DNA from: an uncultured Acidobacteriota bacterium
GTDB taxonomy: Bacteria > Acidobacteriota > Blastocatellia > RBC074
Direction of reading: 5' to 3'
DNA length: 64,000 bases
Assembly: GCA_963796275.1 (NCBI GenBank)
Contig: CAWCKY010000003.1
Location: 1,504,001 to 1,568,000 of the forward strand
Shown here: positions 21,791 to 34,865 of the stretch, piece by piece
Numbering within the stretch: position 1 is the first letter of the stretch
How the letters are laid out: each line of letters begins with the position of its first letter
The notes under the pieces: generated by a model
Seen by the model: only the letters and a program-made list of their open reading frames with translations
The model's database searches: none
What the model was told of the DNA's origin: nothing
Program-made: the position numbers and the translations under genes

Positions 21791-21844
21791 GGGTGAGCTT
21801 TTTGAATGCTGTTATGCAGCATCTATCAACATCAGGAGGCTCTT

Positions 21845-23077
21845 TTGCTCAAATTCGATCTGATCCATACTCTGGCATTCAGCGGCGTCGTGCTCTTTCT
21901 CGGATATGGCATCCGCCGCGTTATTCCAATTCTCGGTCGTTATAACCTGCCGGCCCCTGTTATCGGAGGATTGCTGGTTGCCGTCATGATCCTCATAATG
22001 CGCCGTTACGGGGTGACTCCCTTCGAATTCGATATCACGCTTCAGAGTCCGCTGATGATCGCGTTCTTCACCACCATCGGGTTCGGCGCGAGCGTGTCTT
22101 TGTTGCGTGTCGGAGGACCACAGGTGATGCTCTTCTTCATCATCGCAACGGTATTCGCCGTACTCCAGAATATTGTGGGAATCCTGATCGCGCTTCCCTT
22201 CGGGTTACATCCGCTCTTCGGCGTAATGGTGGGATCAGTGACGCTGACCGGAGGCCCGGCGACCGGTCTCGCCTTCGCACCGCAGTTCGAAGCTGCGGGA
22301 GTGACGGGAGCAGCCTCGATCGCCGTCGCGGCGGCGATGGGCGGCATCGTTTCTGGCGGAATTATTGGCGGCCCAGTCTGCACATACTTGATCGAGCGCT
22401 ATAAATTGAGGATTCCGAGCGAAAGCACACACAAGGTCAAATTGCCGGTGGCTGAGAACATCGTCGAGGAAAAGATGCCGGAGCCGGAGGCCGCCGCTCC
22501 TGCAGGCGAAGATGTGGAGTCATATGCATTGGTGAAGAACCTGGTCGTAATTCTGGTGGCATTGTGGATCGGTTCGTGGGTGAGCAAGTGGTTCACCTCG
22601 GTGGGGATCACATTGCCGGCCACTATCGGCGCCATGCTCGTCGCCGCCGCCATAAGAAATTTCGATGACAAGACGAAATTGATCGGGCTCTCGCAGCGGA
22701 TCATCGATGATTTAGGATCCGTTTCGCTTTCACTCTTCCTAGTCATGGCGATCATGACTCTGAAATTGTGGGAGCTGGCCGGATTGGCTCTGCCGCTGGT
22801 GATCATCCTCATCGCGCAGGTTATTCTGGTGGCGCTCGTCTGCCTCTGGCCGGTCTTCCAGTTGATGGGGCGCGATTACGAATCTGCCGTTATGAGCGGC
22901 GGATTCATCGGCTTTATGCTCGGCACGACCGCCAACGCGATGGTTGTTATGAGTACTATCGTCGAGCGCTACGGTCCGGCGCCCAGAGCATTTTTGGTTG
23001 CGCCCATGGTGGGGGCATTCTTTATCGATTTTACCAATGCGGTGATAATCACAGGTTTCATCAATATCTGGGATTAG
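21845..23077 (+). CDS. gltS: Sodium/glutamate symporter GltS
   Basis: LPAPVIGGL, MIAFFTTIGF, GSVTLTGGPATG, GTTANA, VAPMVGAFFIDFTNA. GGAGG precedes the TTG at 21845. Confidence 0.88.
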   Translation: MLKFDLIHTLAFSGVVLFLGYGIRRVIPILGRYNLPAPVIGGLLVAVMILIMRRYGVTPFEFDITLQSPLMIAFFTTIGFGASVSLLRVGGPQVMLFFIIATVFAVLQNIVGILIALPFGLHPLFGVMVGSVTLTGGPATGLAFAPQFEAAGVTGAASIAVAAAMGGIVSGGIIGGPVCTYLIERYKLRIPSESTHKVKLPVAENIVEEKMPEPEAAAPAGEDVESYALVKNLVVILVALWIGSWVSKWFTSVGITLPATIGAMLVAAAIRNFDDKTKLIGLSQRIIDDLGSVSLSLFLVMAIMTLKLWELAGLALPLVIILIAQVILVALVCLWPVFQLMGRDYESAVMSGGFIGFMLGTTANAMVVMSTIVERYGPAPRAFLVAPMVGAFFIDFTNAVIITGFINIWD

Positions 23078-23107
23078 ATTTTACGGCGCCTTGCCGCCAG
23101 CTATAAT

Positions 23108-24086
<979 letters not shown>

Positions 24087-24094
<8 letters not shown>

Positions 24095-24338
24095 CCCAAA
24101 CCAACTGCTCCCAGAGAACGAGCCCGGCCGATATTACGTGGATTCACAATGTATCGATTGCGATGTCTGCCGCGACATCGCCCCCGACAATTTCACGAGA
24201 GATATGAAAAAGAAGTATTCGTTCGTCTATAAACAGCCGGAAACCGATCGGGAAGAATACTTGTGCCGGGAGGCGATGGAATCATGTCCGGTTGATGCCA
24301 TAGGAGACGATGGAAAACAGATGGCGGCGCGCAAGTAG
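24087..24338 (+). CDS. Ferredoxin (single Fe-S cluster)
   Basis: CIDCDVC...CPVDAI; overlaps the lipA stop. Confidence 0.9.
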
Positions 24339-24534
24339 GCTATTTGAACATCAGTTGCCGAACCTCAGACGAACTCCGTACTGCCTGGAGTTACAGCTTG
24401 TCATACACAGATTATTTGCAGGAAATGATGTGAATTTGGCCGTGCGTTTTTAACGCAGTTTTAACGCACGGAAATCCAGTAACCGTCCCGCTTCGGTTCT
24501 ACCGTGGGTATAAACTGTAATTACGGAGGGGAAG

Positions 24535-25860
24535 ATGCTGATCCGAACTATATTGTTCTTTGCTGTGATTTCATCGCTCTGGGCCGGGAGAGCAGCAGGC
24601 GAGAATTGGCCTCAATTCCGCGGTCCTCGATCGACCGGTGTCGCCGAAGATCCGAAATTGCCGGACAAATGGAGCGAGACCGAAAATGTCGCATGGAAGA
24701 CCGATATTCCGGGCTTCGGATGGTCATCGCCGATTATCTGGGGAGACAAAATTTTCGTCACCTCGGTCATCAGCGCCGACGATATCGAAGCGCCGAAGAA
24801 AGGCTTATATTTAGGCGGCAACCGGCTCGAACCTCCGAAGGGTGAACATCGGTGGATGGTCTACTGCATTGATTTTAAGCGGGGCAAGATCGTCTGGGAG
24901 CGCGAGGTTTATCGTGGTGTTCCGCAGATCACCAGGCACCTGAAGAACACCTTTGCATCGGAGACTCCTGTTACCGATGGAGAGCGCGTCTATGCATATT
25001 TCGGCAATCTCGGTCTCTATTGCATCGATTTCAAGGGCAACCTGATCTGGAAGCAGGCAATCGATGCGCACCGCACCCGTTTCGGGTGGGGCACGGCCGC
25101 CTCGCCCGTCCTGCACAAGGATCGCATCTACCTTCTCAACGATAATGACGAGCAGTCATTCTTTGCCGCCTACGACAAGAGGACCGGGGCGCAGGTCTGG
25201 CGAACCGAGCGTGAAATCGGGACGAACTGGGCGACGCCCTATGTTTGGGAGAACAAACAACGGGCGGAGATCATAGTTCCCGGCTGGAAGGTAGTTCGCT
25301 CGTACAGCCTCGATGGCCAAGTCCTGTGGGAGTTCAAAGGGATGTCGTCGATCGTCATACCCACGCCGTTCTCCAAATTCGACCTGCTCTACATCGCATC
25401 GGGTTACGTCGGCGATAAGCATCGCCCCGTCTACGCGATACGTCCCGGAGCTTCGGGCGATATCTCGTTGAAAGAGGGCGAGAACAGTAATCGATTCATC
25501 GCGTGGTATCTGCCGCAGGGAGGACCATACAATCCGTCACCCATAGTTTATGGCGATTATTACTACACCCTGTACGACCGAGGGTTCTTTACATGCCACG
25601 ATGCGAAGACTGGCAAAGAGGTTTACAGCAAGCAGCGGATCGATCCGAGCGCCGGAGAGTTCACCTCATCCCCCTGGGCGTACAATGGAAAGATTTACTG
25701 CCTGAGCGAGGATGGAGATACATACGTAATTCAATCAGGGCCGGAATACAAAATGTTGGGCAAGAACTCGCTCGACGAGATGTGTATGGCGACCCCGGCG
25801 ATCGCCAGCAGCAGCTTGATCATCCGTACCGCCTCGAAACTTTATCGCATCAGCAAATAA
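24535..25860 (+). CDS. Secreted PQQ-binding-like beta-propeller protein
   Basis: Signal peptide, ENWPQFRGP, GWSSPIIWG, ASETPVTDG and repeated Trp-docking blades. Confidence 0.88.
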   Translation: MLIRTILFFAVISSLWAGRAAGENWPQFRGPRSTGVAEDPKLPDKWSETENVAWKTDIPGFGWSSPIIWGDKIFVTSVISADDIEAPKKGLYLGGNRLEPPKGEHRWMVYCIDFKRGKIVWEREVYRGVPQITRHLKNTFASETPVTDGERVYAYFGNLGLYCIDFKGNLIWKQAIDAHRTRFGWGTAASPVLHKDRIYLLNDNDEQSFFAAYDKRTGAQVWRTEREIGTNWATPYVWENKQRAEIIVPGWKVVRSYSLDGQVLWEFKGMSSIVIPTPFSKFDLLYIASGYVGDKHRPVYAIRPGASGDISLKEGENSNRFIAWYLPQGGPYNPSPIVYGDYYYTLYDRGFFTCHDAKTGKEVYSKQRIDPSAGEFTSSPWAYNGKIYCLSEDGDTYVIQSGPEYKMLGKNSLDEMCMATPAIASSSLIIRTASKLYRISK

Positions 25861-26008
25861 GTAAGGTAGTTTTTAGTTGATAGTTTTTGGTTGTTACAGA
25901 TAGCAGATAAATGCTGATAGTTCGTATAAATTGTCGCCACAATAGTGGCGTTGTTGCATGCAGGTACGTGCGACAACGCCCTCCTGTTCGGATATCCTCT
26001 GGATTCGT

Positions 26009-26716
26009 CTACTTCGATTTGGGCGCATCGCCAGCGCGCGAGAAAATGAGCGTCGCTACACCGCCGCCCTGGGACCATGGGCCGTCGATTTTTGTCAGCT
26101 CACGATTTATAACGCCCTCATAGCTGCCGGCAAGTTGCTTCATTTCAAATTTTAGGCGTTCCCCATCGCGGGTAATCGTCGTGACGGGAAGACCCGTGGC
26201 ATTCTGATCCGGACTGTCCAGCGTCGCCGTCATTCCATCTTCGTACGTGAGAATATGAAGGACGATGCGCAGTTTTCCCGACCCGGTTTCGATTACGCCC
26301 TCCCACTGTCCATCGATATCACTCGGCTTGAGAACCCGTTTCTTTCCCTCCGGAGGCGCGACCCTCGGGAGAAATTCCAGAGGAAAAGAAATGCCGGCCT
26401 GCGACCAGGTCCCTTTGAGAGCGGGGCGATCGGCATCGACTTTCCCTTCGTACATTCCGTCGACTGATGGAACGTCGAATTTCAGGACAGAATCTTTTAG
26501 GCTGATCGAGGAAATCGGTATTCCCGTTACGCCTTGATCGATACTGTCTAGTGTTCCCTTCAATGTGCCTGTCTCATCCTTTTTGAGATGCAGCACAACC
26601 CGGAGTTCCACCGGTCCGTTTTTCACCACACCTTGCCAATCTCCCTCAACCTTTTGAGCGTGAGCGATAAAGGTTACGGACAGAAAAAGAAACAATCCAG
26701 AAATGAGTCTGTTCAT
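26009..26716 (-). CDS. Secreted hypothetical protein made of two tandem copies of an about 100-aa beta domain
   Basis: Signal peptide from ATG 26716. The unit GxWxGV..LRxVLH..TLDSxDQ..G.YEG..WSQ occurs twice. Confidence 0.8.
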   Translation of the reverse strand: MNRLISGLFLFLSVTFIAHAQKVEGDWQGVVKNGPVELRVVLHLKKDETGTLKGTLDSIDQGVTGIPISSISLKDSVLKFDVPSVDGMYEGKVDADRPALKGTWSQAGISFPLEFLPRVAPPEGKKRVLKPSDIDGQWEGVIETGSGKLRIVLHILTYEDGMTATLDSPDQNATGLPVTTITRDGERLKFEMKQLAGSYEGVINRELTKIDGPWSQGGGVATLIFSRAGDAPKSK

Positions 26717-26904
26717 AAATTTTTCTCCGCGGCTCATGGCTTTCCCGCAAGTTGAATGGTCGTTTTTCAATTTCAGTGAAATACGTGACAAAGGAATTTA
26801 CGGAGTATGTATATTCTTTGTTCCCACTTCTTATTTCTCTAGGGCGGCACAACAGTTGCGAACTATTAACATTTATTCTGCCAAAAACTAAAAACTAAAA
26901 ACTA

Positions 26905-28200
26905 TCAACTTCTTCTTATGTCATATGCGATCGAAATAAACGTTTGCAAGTAAACATTCACAGCTAGCCCCAGCGCCGCGTAAATCAGCAATGGGGGTCT
27001 CGCCTCATCAATCATCCAGATGGCTGTTGCGATTGAGAGACACATTACTGGCGCAATCCACCAGCGATAGATCACTCGATACCAGAAGACGAAGATCGCG
27101 ATGAATCCGAGCACTGCCACCATCGTGCCGAGCTGTATTGGCCACGCAAGAAGTAAAGCCAGGGAAAGGTAGTAGCTCACCGTTATACCGCGCACGAATT
27201 TTTGCAGAGTGTAGTAGTCTTCGTAAAAGAAAGGAAAGAAAGCGGCCAGGGCAGCGATGACCAGCCAATAATTTTTTTCACCCGCTGGTAAGCCCAGCGC
27301 GGCCACCAATGGGTAATGCCAGGTCAGGATAAGCCAGATCGGCATCGAATTGCGGATCCATTTGGCCAATCGTGTGGGTTTGATCAGCCACAGATCGGCG
27401 ATCAGATAGAGGTAAAAGGCTGCTGCCGGCAATACGATGCCGGGCCAGCGCGCGCTCAGGGGCCCGCGGCTCGAGGCCACCCACAGCGCTATCGGAATTA
27501 CGATAAGCGGAGCCCATTCATATAGACGGATGTGCGAAGGCGGCTGGCGATACCAATGTTCGATGGACTCTGCGCCGCGCAGGGATGGCGTGAGTGAGCG
27601 ATTTATGCTGGCGGCGACTTTCTCCATCATCAGCTGATGAAATTCTTTATCCTGACTTCGCGTCTCTCGCTCGATTTCACTGATCGTGATCGGTTCGTGA
27701 TATCGGATGATGATCTTGGCGGGTTTCAGCATCAGTTTCCATTTCGGCCAGGCGCGATAAGCGCCGCCGATGGTTACGGGAACAATGGGCGCGCCCGAAT
27801 CGATGGCTAATCGGGCTACCCCGGTCCGCATTTCACCGATCGGCCCGCGCTCCGAACGTTGCCCTTCGGGAAAGATTCCGAGCGCATCGCCGTCGTTCAG
27901 AACGCGCAATGCTTCGCGAAATGCCGACTCGCCTTTGCCTTTTCGTATATCTACGGGGAAAGCCCCGAGCACGCGAATCAATGGGCCGAGCAGCGGTACT
28001 TTGAAGAGCGCATCCCAGGCCATGAAACGTACCCGGCGCCTCAGCGGCAGCACGACAAACGCCGGATCGAGGTAGGACGGGTGGTTGCCGGCGATGATCA
28101 CCGCGCCGCGCTCGGGCACATTCTCAAGCCCGTGATATTCGATCGCGAAGAGGACGCGGAAGAGAGGCCATGCGATCGATTTGAGAAATGAAAGTAACAT
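26905..28200 (-). CDS. PlsC-type (lyso)phospholipid acyltransferase fused to a multi-TM C-terminal domain
   Basis: NHPSYLD, FMAW, IFPEGQRS, PIVPV, followed by about 200 aa of hydrophobic helices. Confidence 0.85.
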   Translation of the reverse strand: MLLSFLKSIAWPLFRVLFAIEYHGLENVPERGAVIIAGNHPSYLDPAFVVLPLRRRVRFMAWDALFKVPLLGPLIRVLGAFPVDIRKGKGESAFREALRVLNDGDALGIFPEGQRSERGPIGEMRTGVARLAIDSGAPIVPVTIGGAYRAWPKWKLMLKPAKIIIRYHEPITISEIERETRSQDKEFHQLMMEKVAASINRSLTPSLRGAESIEHWYRQPPSHIRLYEWAPLIVIPIALWVASSRGPLSARWPGIVLPAAAFYLYLIADLWLIKPTRLAKWIRNSMPIWLILTWHYPLVAALGLPAGEKNYWLVIAALAAFFPFFYEDYYTLQKFVRGITVSYYLSLALLLAWPIQLGTMVAVLGFIAIFVFWYRVIYRWWIAPVMCLSIATAIWMIDEARPPLLIYAALGLAVNVYLQTFISIAYDIRRS

Positions 28201-28337
28201 TACTACGATTTTTTTCTGGCGCGATGCGGCGCAAGTGTAAGGAGGAGGAGTTCAGAAGTCAGGAGACGGAATCGAACTATCCCAATTCATTCTTAATTCC
28301 GCCTCCTGAATATATGTATTCGACTTCCTTCCTCCTT

Positions 28338-30065
<1,728 letters not shown>

Positions 30066-30359
30066 AAATTAAAGTCGCTTTCCTTGTATGGGATTTTCCA
30101 TGGAATGATACGTGAAACAACCACGGAGGCACAGAGACGCAGAGCGGAAATGGAGGTAATAGCAGTTGCCCGGATATCAAACGTTCGGGTCTTGTTGCAA
30201 ATAAACCAGCCACCCGATCCTCAATATATTGACTGGCTCAATTCCATTACCACTGCGTTGCTCTCACAATCTAATCTGTTCAAATAGCGATACGATCAAT
30301 CCGAGATCATCCTTCTCTCGTGCGCAGGGGAGCGAGGCCCATTTGAGATAGTTTCTTAG

Positions 30360-30388
30360 TTGACAATTTGTTCGTGAACGGTTATATT
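30360..30388 (+). promoter_or_regulatory. Sigma70-type promoter for marR-pirin-nitroreductase
   Basis: TTGACA-17 nt-TATATT, 10 nt before the MarR ATG. Confidence 0.7.
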
Positions 30389-30398
30389 CTCGACTGTT

Positions 30399-30845
30399 AT
30401 GACGAAGAGGGTGAAAATTCCGCCGAGCGTCGCCGAGCAGGCGATGGTGCGGTTGATGCGCGCTGGCGACCGGATGTGGCGCGCGTCGGACGAGAGGTTC
30501 GGGCGCTGGGGGTTGACCGACAACCATTACAACGTTTTGCGGATTCTCAACGGCGTGGGAGAGCCGATCTCGCAGGTTGAGATCGGGCGCCGCATGCTCT
30601 CCTCGCGCGCCAACGTGACCAAGCTCGTCGACCTGCTGGAGGGGCGCAAGATGGTCAAACGTCACTCGAGCCAGGATCGGCGGGTTAATCTGGTCGCATT
30701 GACCGGAGAGGGAGCCAGGTTCATCGAGGAGACTGCCTTTGAAGTCATCGGATTCGCCAACGAGTCCATGAATGCGCTCACGCGCGACGAGCAGAAACTA
30801 CTCTTCAACCTGCTCGGGAAATTGCTGAATAAAGAGGAGTTTTGA
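30399..30845 (+). CDS. MarR-family transcriptional regulator
   Basis: GLTDNHYNVLRIL, ANVTKLVDLLE, QDRRVNLVALTGEG. Confidence 0.92.
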   Translation: MTKRVKIPPSVAEQAMVRLMRAGDRMWRASDERFGRWGLTDNHYNVLRILNGVGEPISQVEIGRRMLSSRANVTKLVDLLEGRKMVKRHSSQDRRVNLVALTGEGARFIEETAFEVIGFANESMNALTRDEQKLLFNLLGKLLNKEEF

Positions 30846-30858
30846 GAAAGGAGGAATT

Positions 30859-31554
30859 GTGCAGATTATCAGAGCGAAAGACCGGTTCCATCTGGAGAGC
30901 GACTGGCTCTCGGCCTATTGGCTCTTCAGCTTCGACCGTTACTATGATCCCGAAAATTTGATGTTCGGTCCGTTACGGGTCTTCAACCACGACAAGGTCC
31001 AGGGAGGAGGCGGATTCCCCACGCATCCGCATCGCGAGATGGAGATAGTCACCTACGTGCTCGAGGGAGAGCTTGCACACAAAGACAGCACCGGAGGCCG
31101 AGGAATCATCCATGCCGGCGAAGTGCAGCGGATGTCGGCGGGAACGGGCATCGCTCATTCGGAATTGAACGCATCGCGGACCGAGTCTGTCAGGCTTCTG
31201 CAGATGTGGGTCTTGCCCGAGCGATCCGGCCTCACGCCGTCTTACGAGCAGAGGCAATTCTCTTCCGAGCAGCGCACCGGAGTGCTCCTGCCGATCGCTT
31301 CTGGGCAGGACATGCCGGGGACCGTGAAGGTGCACCAGGATGTGGCATTTTATGTCTCCCACTTGCGCGAGGGCGATCGAGTCGCGCACGAGCTGAAGCC
31401 AGGCCGGCGCGCTTTCCTTTACGTGATCGAGGGAGAGGTGACGCTCAACGGAGAGAATTTGAGTGCTGGTGATCAGGCTCGCATAACTGAAGTGAGGAAT
31501 CTCGAGCTCACCAGTTCGAAGATGTGCGAGCTTATTCTGATCGACCTGCCGTAA
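30859..31554 (+). CDS. Pirin family protein (YhhW-like)
   Basis: [38 protein letters not shown]. Confidence 0.93.
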   Translation: MQIIRAKDRFHLESDWLSAYWLFSFDRYYDPENLMFGPLRVFNHDKVQGGGGFPTHPHREMEIVTYVLEGELAHKDSTGGRGIIHAGEVQRMSAGTGIAHSELNASRTESVRLLQMWVLPERSGLTPSYEQRQFSSEQRTGVLLPIASGQDMPGTVKVHQDVAFYVSHLREGDRVAHELKPGRRAFLYVIEGEVTLNGENLSAGDQARITEVRNLELTSSKMCELILIDLP

Positions 31555-31643
31555 TTAGAAAACATCGTAAGCAGCTGGCTTTCGTCAAAATTTATTACGC
31601 GGAAGACGATGGCCAGCTGCAGCTAATTGTCTACAGGAGTGAG

Positions 31644-32279
31644 ATGGAAGTTTCTGAAACGTTACAATTAATCAAAGAACGCATTTCCACAAATCTATAC
31701 GATAAATCGCGCAAACTATCCGAAACAGAGATAGGAGAACTCGTCTCCTATGCCATCGAGTCGCCGTCCTCGTACAACATCCAGCACTGGCGTTTTGTGG
31801 CCGTGACGAAGCCGGAAGAGAAAACGCGTCTTAAGGCTGTCGCTTACAATCAACAAAAGATCGAAGATGCGGCAGTAACTTTCATCGTGCTGGGTGATCT
31901 GCGCGGCTATGAGAAGCTCGGCGAAATCCTCGGTCGCTCGGTTGAAGAAGGAATCCTCGAACAAAAGGTGGCAGACGCATGGGCCGATTCAGCTACGAAA
32001 ACGTATGCGAAAAATGAGAGGTTCGCACGAGACGAGGCGATCCGCAGCGCTTCGATGGCGGCGATGACATTGATGATTGCGGCGCAGGCGAAGGGATTGT
32101 CGAGCGGACCGATGATCGGCTTCGATCCTGAAGGAGTCAAACGCGAATTCAAAATTCCGGATCGTTATGTTCCGGCGATGTTATTGACGGTCGGTTATCC
32201 AGCGCCTGGCAACCCCACGCGCAAACCCCGCTTGCGAGTCGATGAGGTCTTGGCTTTCGACAGAGGGCGGGAGTTTTGA
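31644..32279 (+). CDS. Nitroreductase family protein
   Basis: [27 protein letters not shown] 31644 follows AGGAG. Confidence 0.9.
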   Translation: MEVSETLQLIKERISTNLYDKSRKLSETEIGELVSYAIESPSSYNIQHWRFVAVTKPEEKTRLKAVAYNQQKIEDAAVTFIVLGDLRGYEKLGEILGRSVEEGILEQKVADAWADSATKTYAKNERFARDEAIRSASMAAMTLMIAAQAKGLSSGPMIGFDPEGVKREFKIPDRYVPAMLLTVGYPAPGNPTRKPRLRVDEVLAFDRGREF

Positions 32280-32591
32280 GAAGACTCACTACAAAGACAC
32301 ATCGCGGTTATAGACGATCCATGAGCGATGCTTACGTTGATTTGACCTTGAGAGCGGGCGAATCATTCCGATGCATCAACTGAAAAAAACTATACCTTCC
32401 TTTTCAGGCCGGGTTTAACAAATCTCTTTGGAAAAGCGCCTGAGTACACATCGCTCCCAGCGCGCCTGGCTTCGATCGGCGATCGCTGAGGGAACCCGGC
32501 ACACTGAAAGCGATGCATACTCTGCGTTTTCCATTGGTGGCAGATCGCGTCCGGGGCACTGGAGCGATTCCTCAATGGCTCTCTCGATAGC

Positions 32592-32620
32592 AAAGTGCAT
32601 CGGGAACCGAAAAAATTTCA
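32592..32620 (-). promoter_or_regulatory. Candidate ECF sigma promoter, copy C (TGAAATT-N16-CACTTT)
   Basis: Same boxes and 16-nt spacer as the copies at 34751 and 35816. Confidence 0.65.
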
Positions 32621-32853
32621 CCCATTTCGCAAATTTATTTTGCGAAAATGTGCCGGAGAAGGAGAACGAATTTGAAAGGGCGGGGAAGTGCAATAAGACT
32701 GTGTCAAAGCGAGACGCTCGGCGCGCTGGCTCGGCGGCTGGTGAGCAAGTGCGAGTGAAGGCCATAAAAGATTGTGGTAGTTACTGAAGGCCCTGGGTGT
32801 GGAGGACTTTGCAACAAATCCCAAAGAGACCAAATTTTAGCGATAGTTTTGAC

Positions 32854-32981
32854 GGAAAGACGCAAAGGGAAGGTAACAGAGATCAGAAAGTAGAGTCAGA
32901 ATAAAAGGACCTTTCTCCGAATCAATTCTGACTTCTTACTTCTTACATCTGACTTCTATCTCTTCCCATTTGCGTCTTTCC
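32854..32981. repeat. Inverted repeat enclosing degenerate heptamer (CAGAAGT/ACTTCTG) arrays
   Basis: GGAAAGACGCAAA...TTTGCGTCTTTCC arms, with inner AGTCAGAAT / ATTCTGACTTCTTACTTCTTAC. Confidence 0.6.
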
Positions 32982-33033
32982 TGCAATCAAATGGCCCTGT
33001 CCCTCATCAAATTACTGTCAATCCAGTATTTGG

Positions 33034-34062
33034 TTATGGCGTTACGGCAAGATCAATCATTGTTTGGAAATTGTTCTCATCAGGGAAACCCACATTGACC
33101 CCGTTGGTGAAAACGTACTGTGCTACATCGGGAGGTATCTGAAGATTGATCTGGGTGGGATCAAAAAAGATAAGCCTTCTGAAATTGACGGCGCCTACGA
33201 GAAAATTGGCTCCGGTTTGCGGATCGGTAACGATGTCTATGGCATTCAATCTATTAAAACCAAGCAATTGGAATCCGCCATCGAACACGCTGCCAATCGT
33301 TCGCAGTCTGCCTCCGCCGGTGTTCGAACTACCATTGGCGGTCCTATCCTCGATCGTTACAAAGAAGCCGCCATTACCTTCAAACCCATAAAAGAGGGTA
33401 CTCGCTGCGCCATTTAAGTTATTGGTATATGCGCCCATGTAGAGTCCAGGAGGGGTGTTAGCCCATATGTCAACCGGATTAGAGAAGAATACAGGGGTTT
33501 GAACCACCACTGTGTTGAAGACGCCTGCTGCGTCCTTGACAACGGCGTAATTTCGGCCGTTGGGACTGATGAGCCGTATCGCATCGGCGACCGGGTTGAA
33601 GTCAAATACTATCTTGTTGCTTCCGCCACTGCCAATTGCCGGTGATAAGTTGCTCACGAGCGTAGCGCTGGCGTCAGCTGTGTTAATGGTATAGAGACTG
33701 CCACCTTCGTTCGCCAAAGCATAGAGTTTACCGTCGGCCGGGCGAATATCGATCCCGAGAACGGGTCCTTGAACATTGGTAATGATACCTATTCTGTTAT
33801 ATGTGTTCGTGAATCCATCGTCCGGATCTCCTAGCGTGAGGGAGTAAAGGACATTGTTGGCTGCGAGGGCGTAATAAATTTTACCCCAAAGTACCTGTGG
33901 CACTTGGAACTGCGCGCTGCGGCTTGGAGCCGGTGAAGCAGGTAGAGTTGATGAATTGAGGTTACTTTTAGCGTCGGCAGAGTGCCTTCCCATAAGACCG
34001 AACGTCAATGAGATGGCTATCGCCAATGTGGCTAATGTTAGTGTTGTTAGTTTCTTTATCAT
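33034..34062 (-). CDS. Secreted DUF4394 domain protein
   Basis: Signal peptide; LGIDIRPADGKLYAL, FDFNPVADAIRL, GAYTN; GGAGG RBS. Confidence 0.85.
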   Translation of the reverse strand: MIKKLTTLTLATLAIAISLTFGLMGRHSADAKSNLNSSTLPASPAPSRSAQFQVPQVLWGKIYYALAANNVLYSLTLGDPDDGFTNTYNRIGIITNVQGPVLGIDIRPADGKLYALANEGGSLYTINTADASATLVSNLSPAIGSGGSNKIVFDFNPVADAIRLISPNGRNYAVVKDAAGVFNTVVVQTPVFFSNPVDIWANTPPGLYMGAYTNNLNGAASTLFYGFEGNGGFFVTIEDRTANGSSNTGGGRLRTIGSVFDGGFQLLGFNRLNAIDIVTDPQTGANFLVGAVNFRRLIFFDPTQINLQIPPDVAQYVFTNGVNVGFPDENNFQTMIDLAVTP

Positions 34063-34750
34063 ATTTTCCTCCGTTTTTATTTATCCCCCAAGACTTCATC
34101 AGTGAACCAAGTAGTTAGCACGGGTGCGGGCAATTAACTATTAGTTGTTGACAAACCAGTGCTTTCGTTAAGTCATGTTTGACTATGCTCGTAATGTGAA
34201 CTCTTGTTCAGGTAGAAGCTTGGGGGCAGGAATAATAGATTCAACCTTTGAATCTCATGAAACAAAGTTGTCGAACTTTGCGCGATATTACTACTAACTC
34301 GCAAATTTTGTAGCTGTTGTGTTGAGGCATCAATGCTGAAAATAAGTAACTAGTTATTAGCGATATATTGACCATGTTCAGATAATACAGTCCGCTATTT
34401 GAGTACCAGCAGGTAACACCTCTACCCGCCGGACGCAAATAGTAATGTTCCTCCGGTGGGGAGGGTTACCTTTTTGACATCGGGACGTTATTGCTCCCTA
34501 TCTTACAAGCGAAGAAGCTGCTCCAGCACTTTAGCCCGCGAGGCAACTTCTTGTGTCATCCTGACAGCCGATTCCGCCCAGGCTTCGGCCTGTTCGTCTC
34601 GATGCTGCCCTAATGAGTCGCCGTAGCCTTTGATCTGCGGGCCGCGCTCTTGGACATGTCGTTGACATAGGCCCATGACAATTTGATTTCTTCACCTGAG
34701 CGCCGTCCGCGGCGACGTGAACGGCCCCTCTGATGCTCCTTCTCAGTAGC

Positions 34751-34779
34751 AAAGTGCATCGAGAGTCGGAACAATTTCA
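34751..34779 (-). promoter_or_regulatory. Candidate ECF sigma promoter, copy B
   Basis: TGAAATT-gttccgactctcgatg-CACTTT, downstream of the anti-sigma gene and pointing toward the DUF4394 gene. Confidence 0.7.
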
Positions 34780-34865
34780 CCCTCGTCGCAAAAATCTTCT
34801 GGAAAAAGTGCCCGAGAGGAGCATTGACGTCGAACGCGGCAGGGAAGTGCAATCTGGCCAGTCAG

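Noticed and set aside
32415-32787. ORFs 32415..32765, 32428..32787 and 34610..34852 as a small protein family (shared MHFA.E)
   Set aside because: The similarity is explained by the duplicated promoter DNA. There is no RBS or codon-like conservation.
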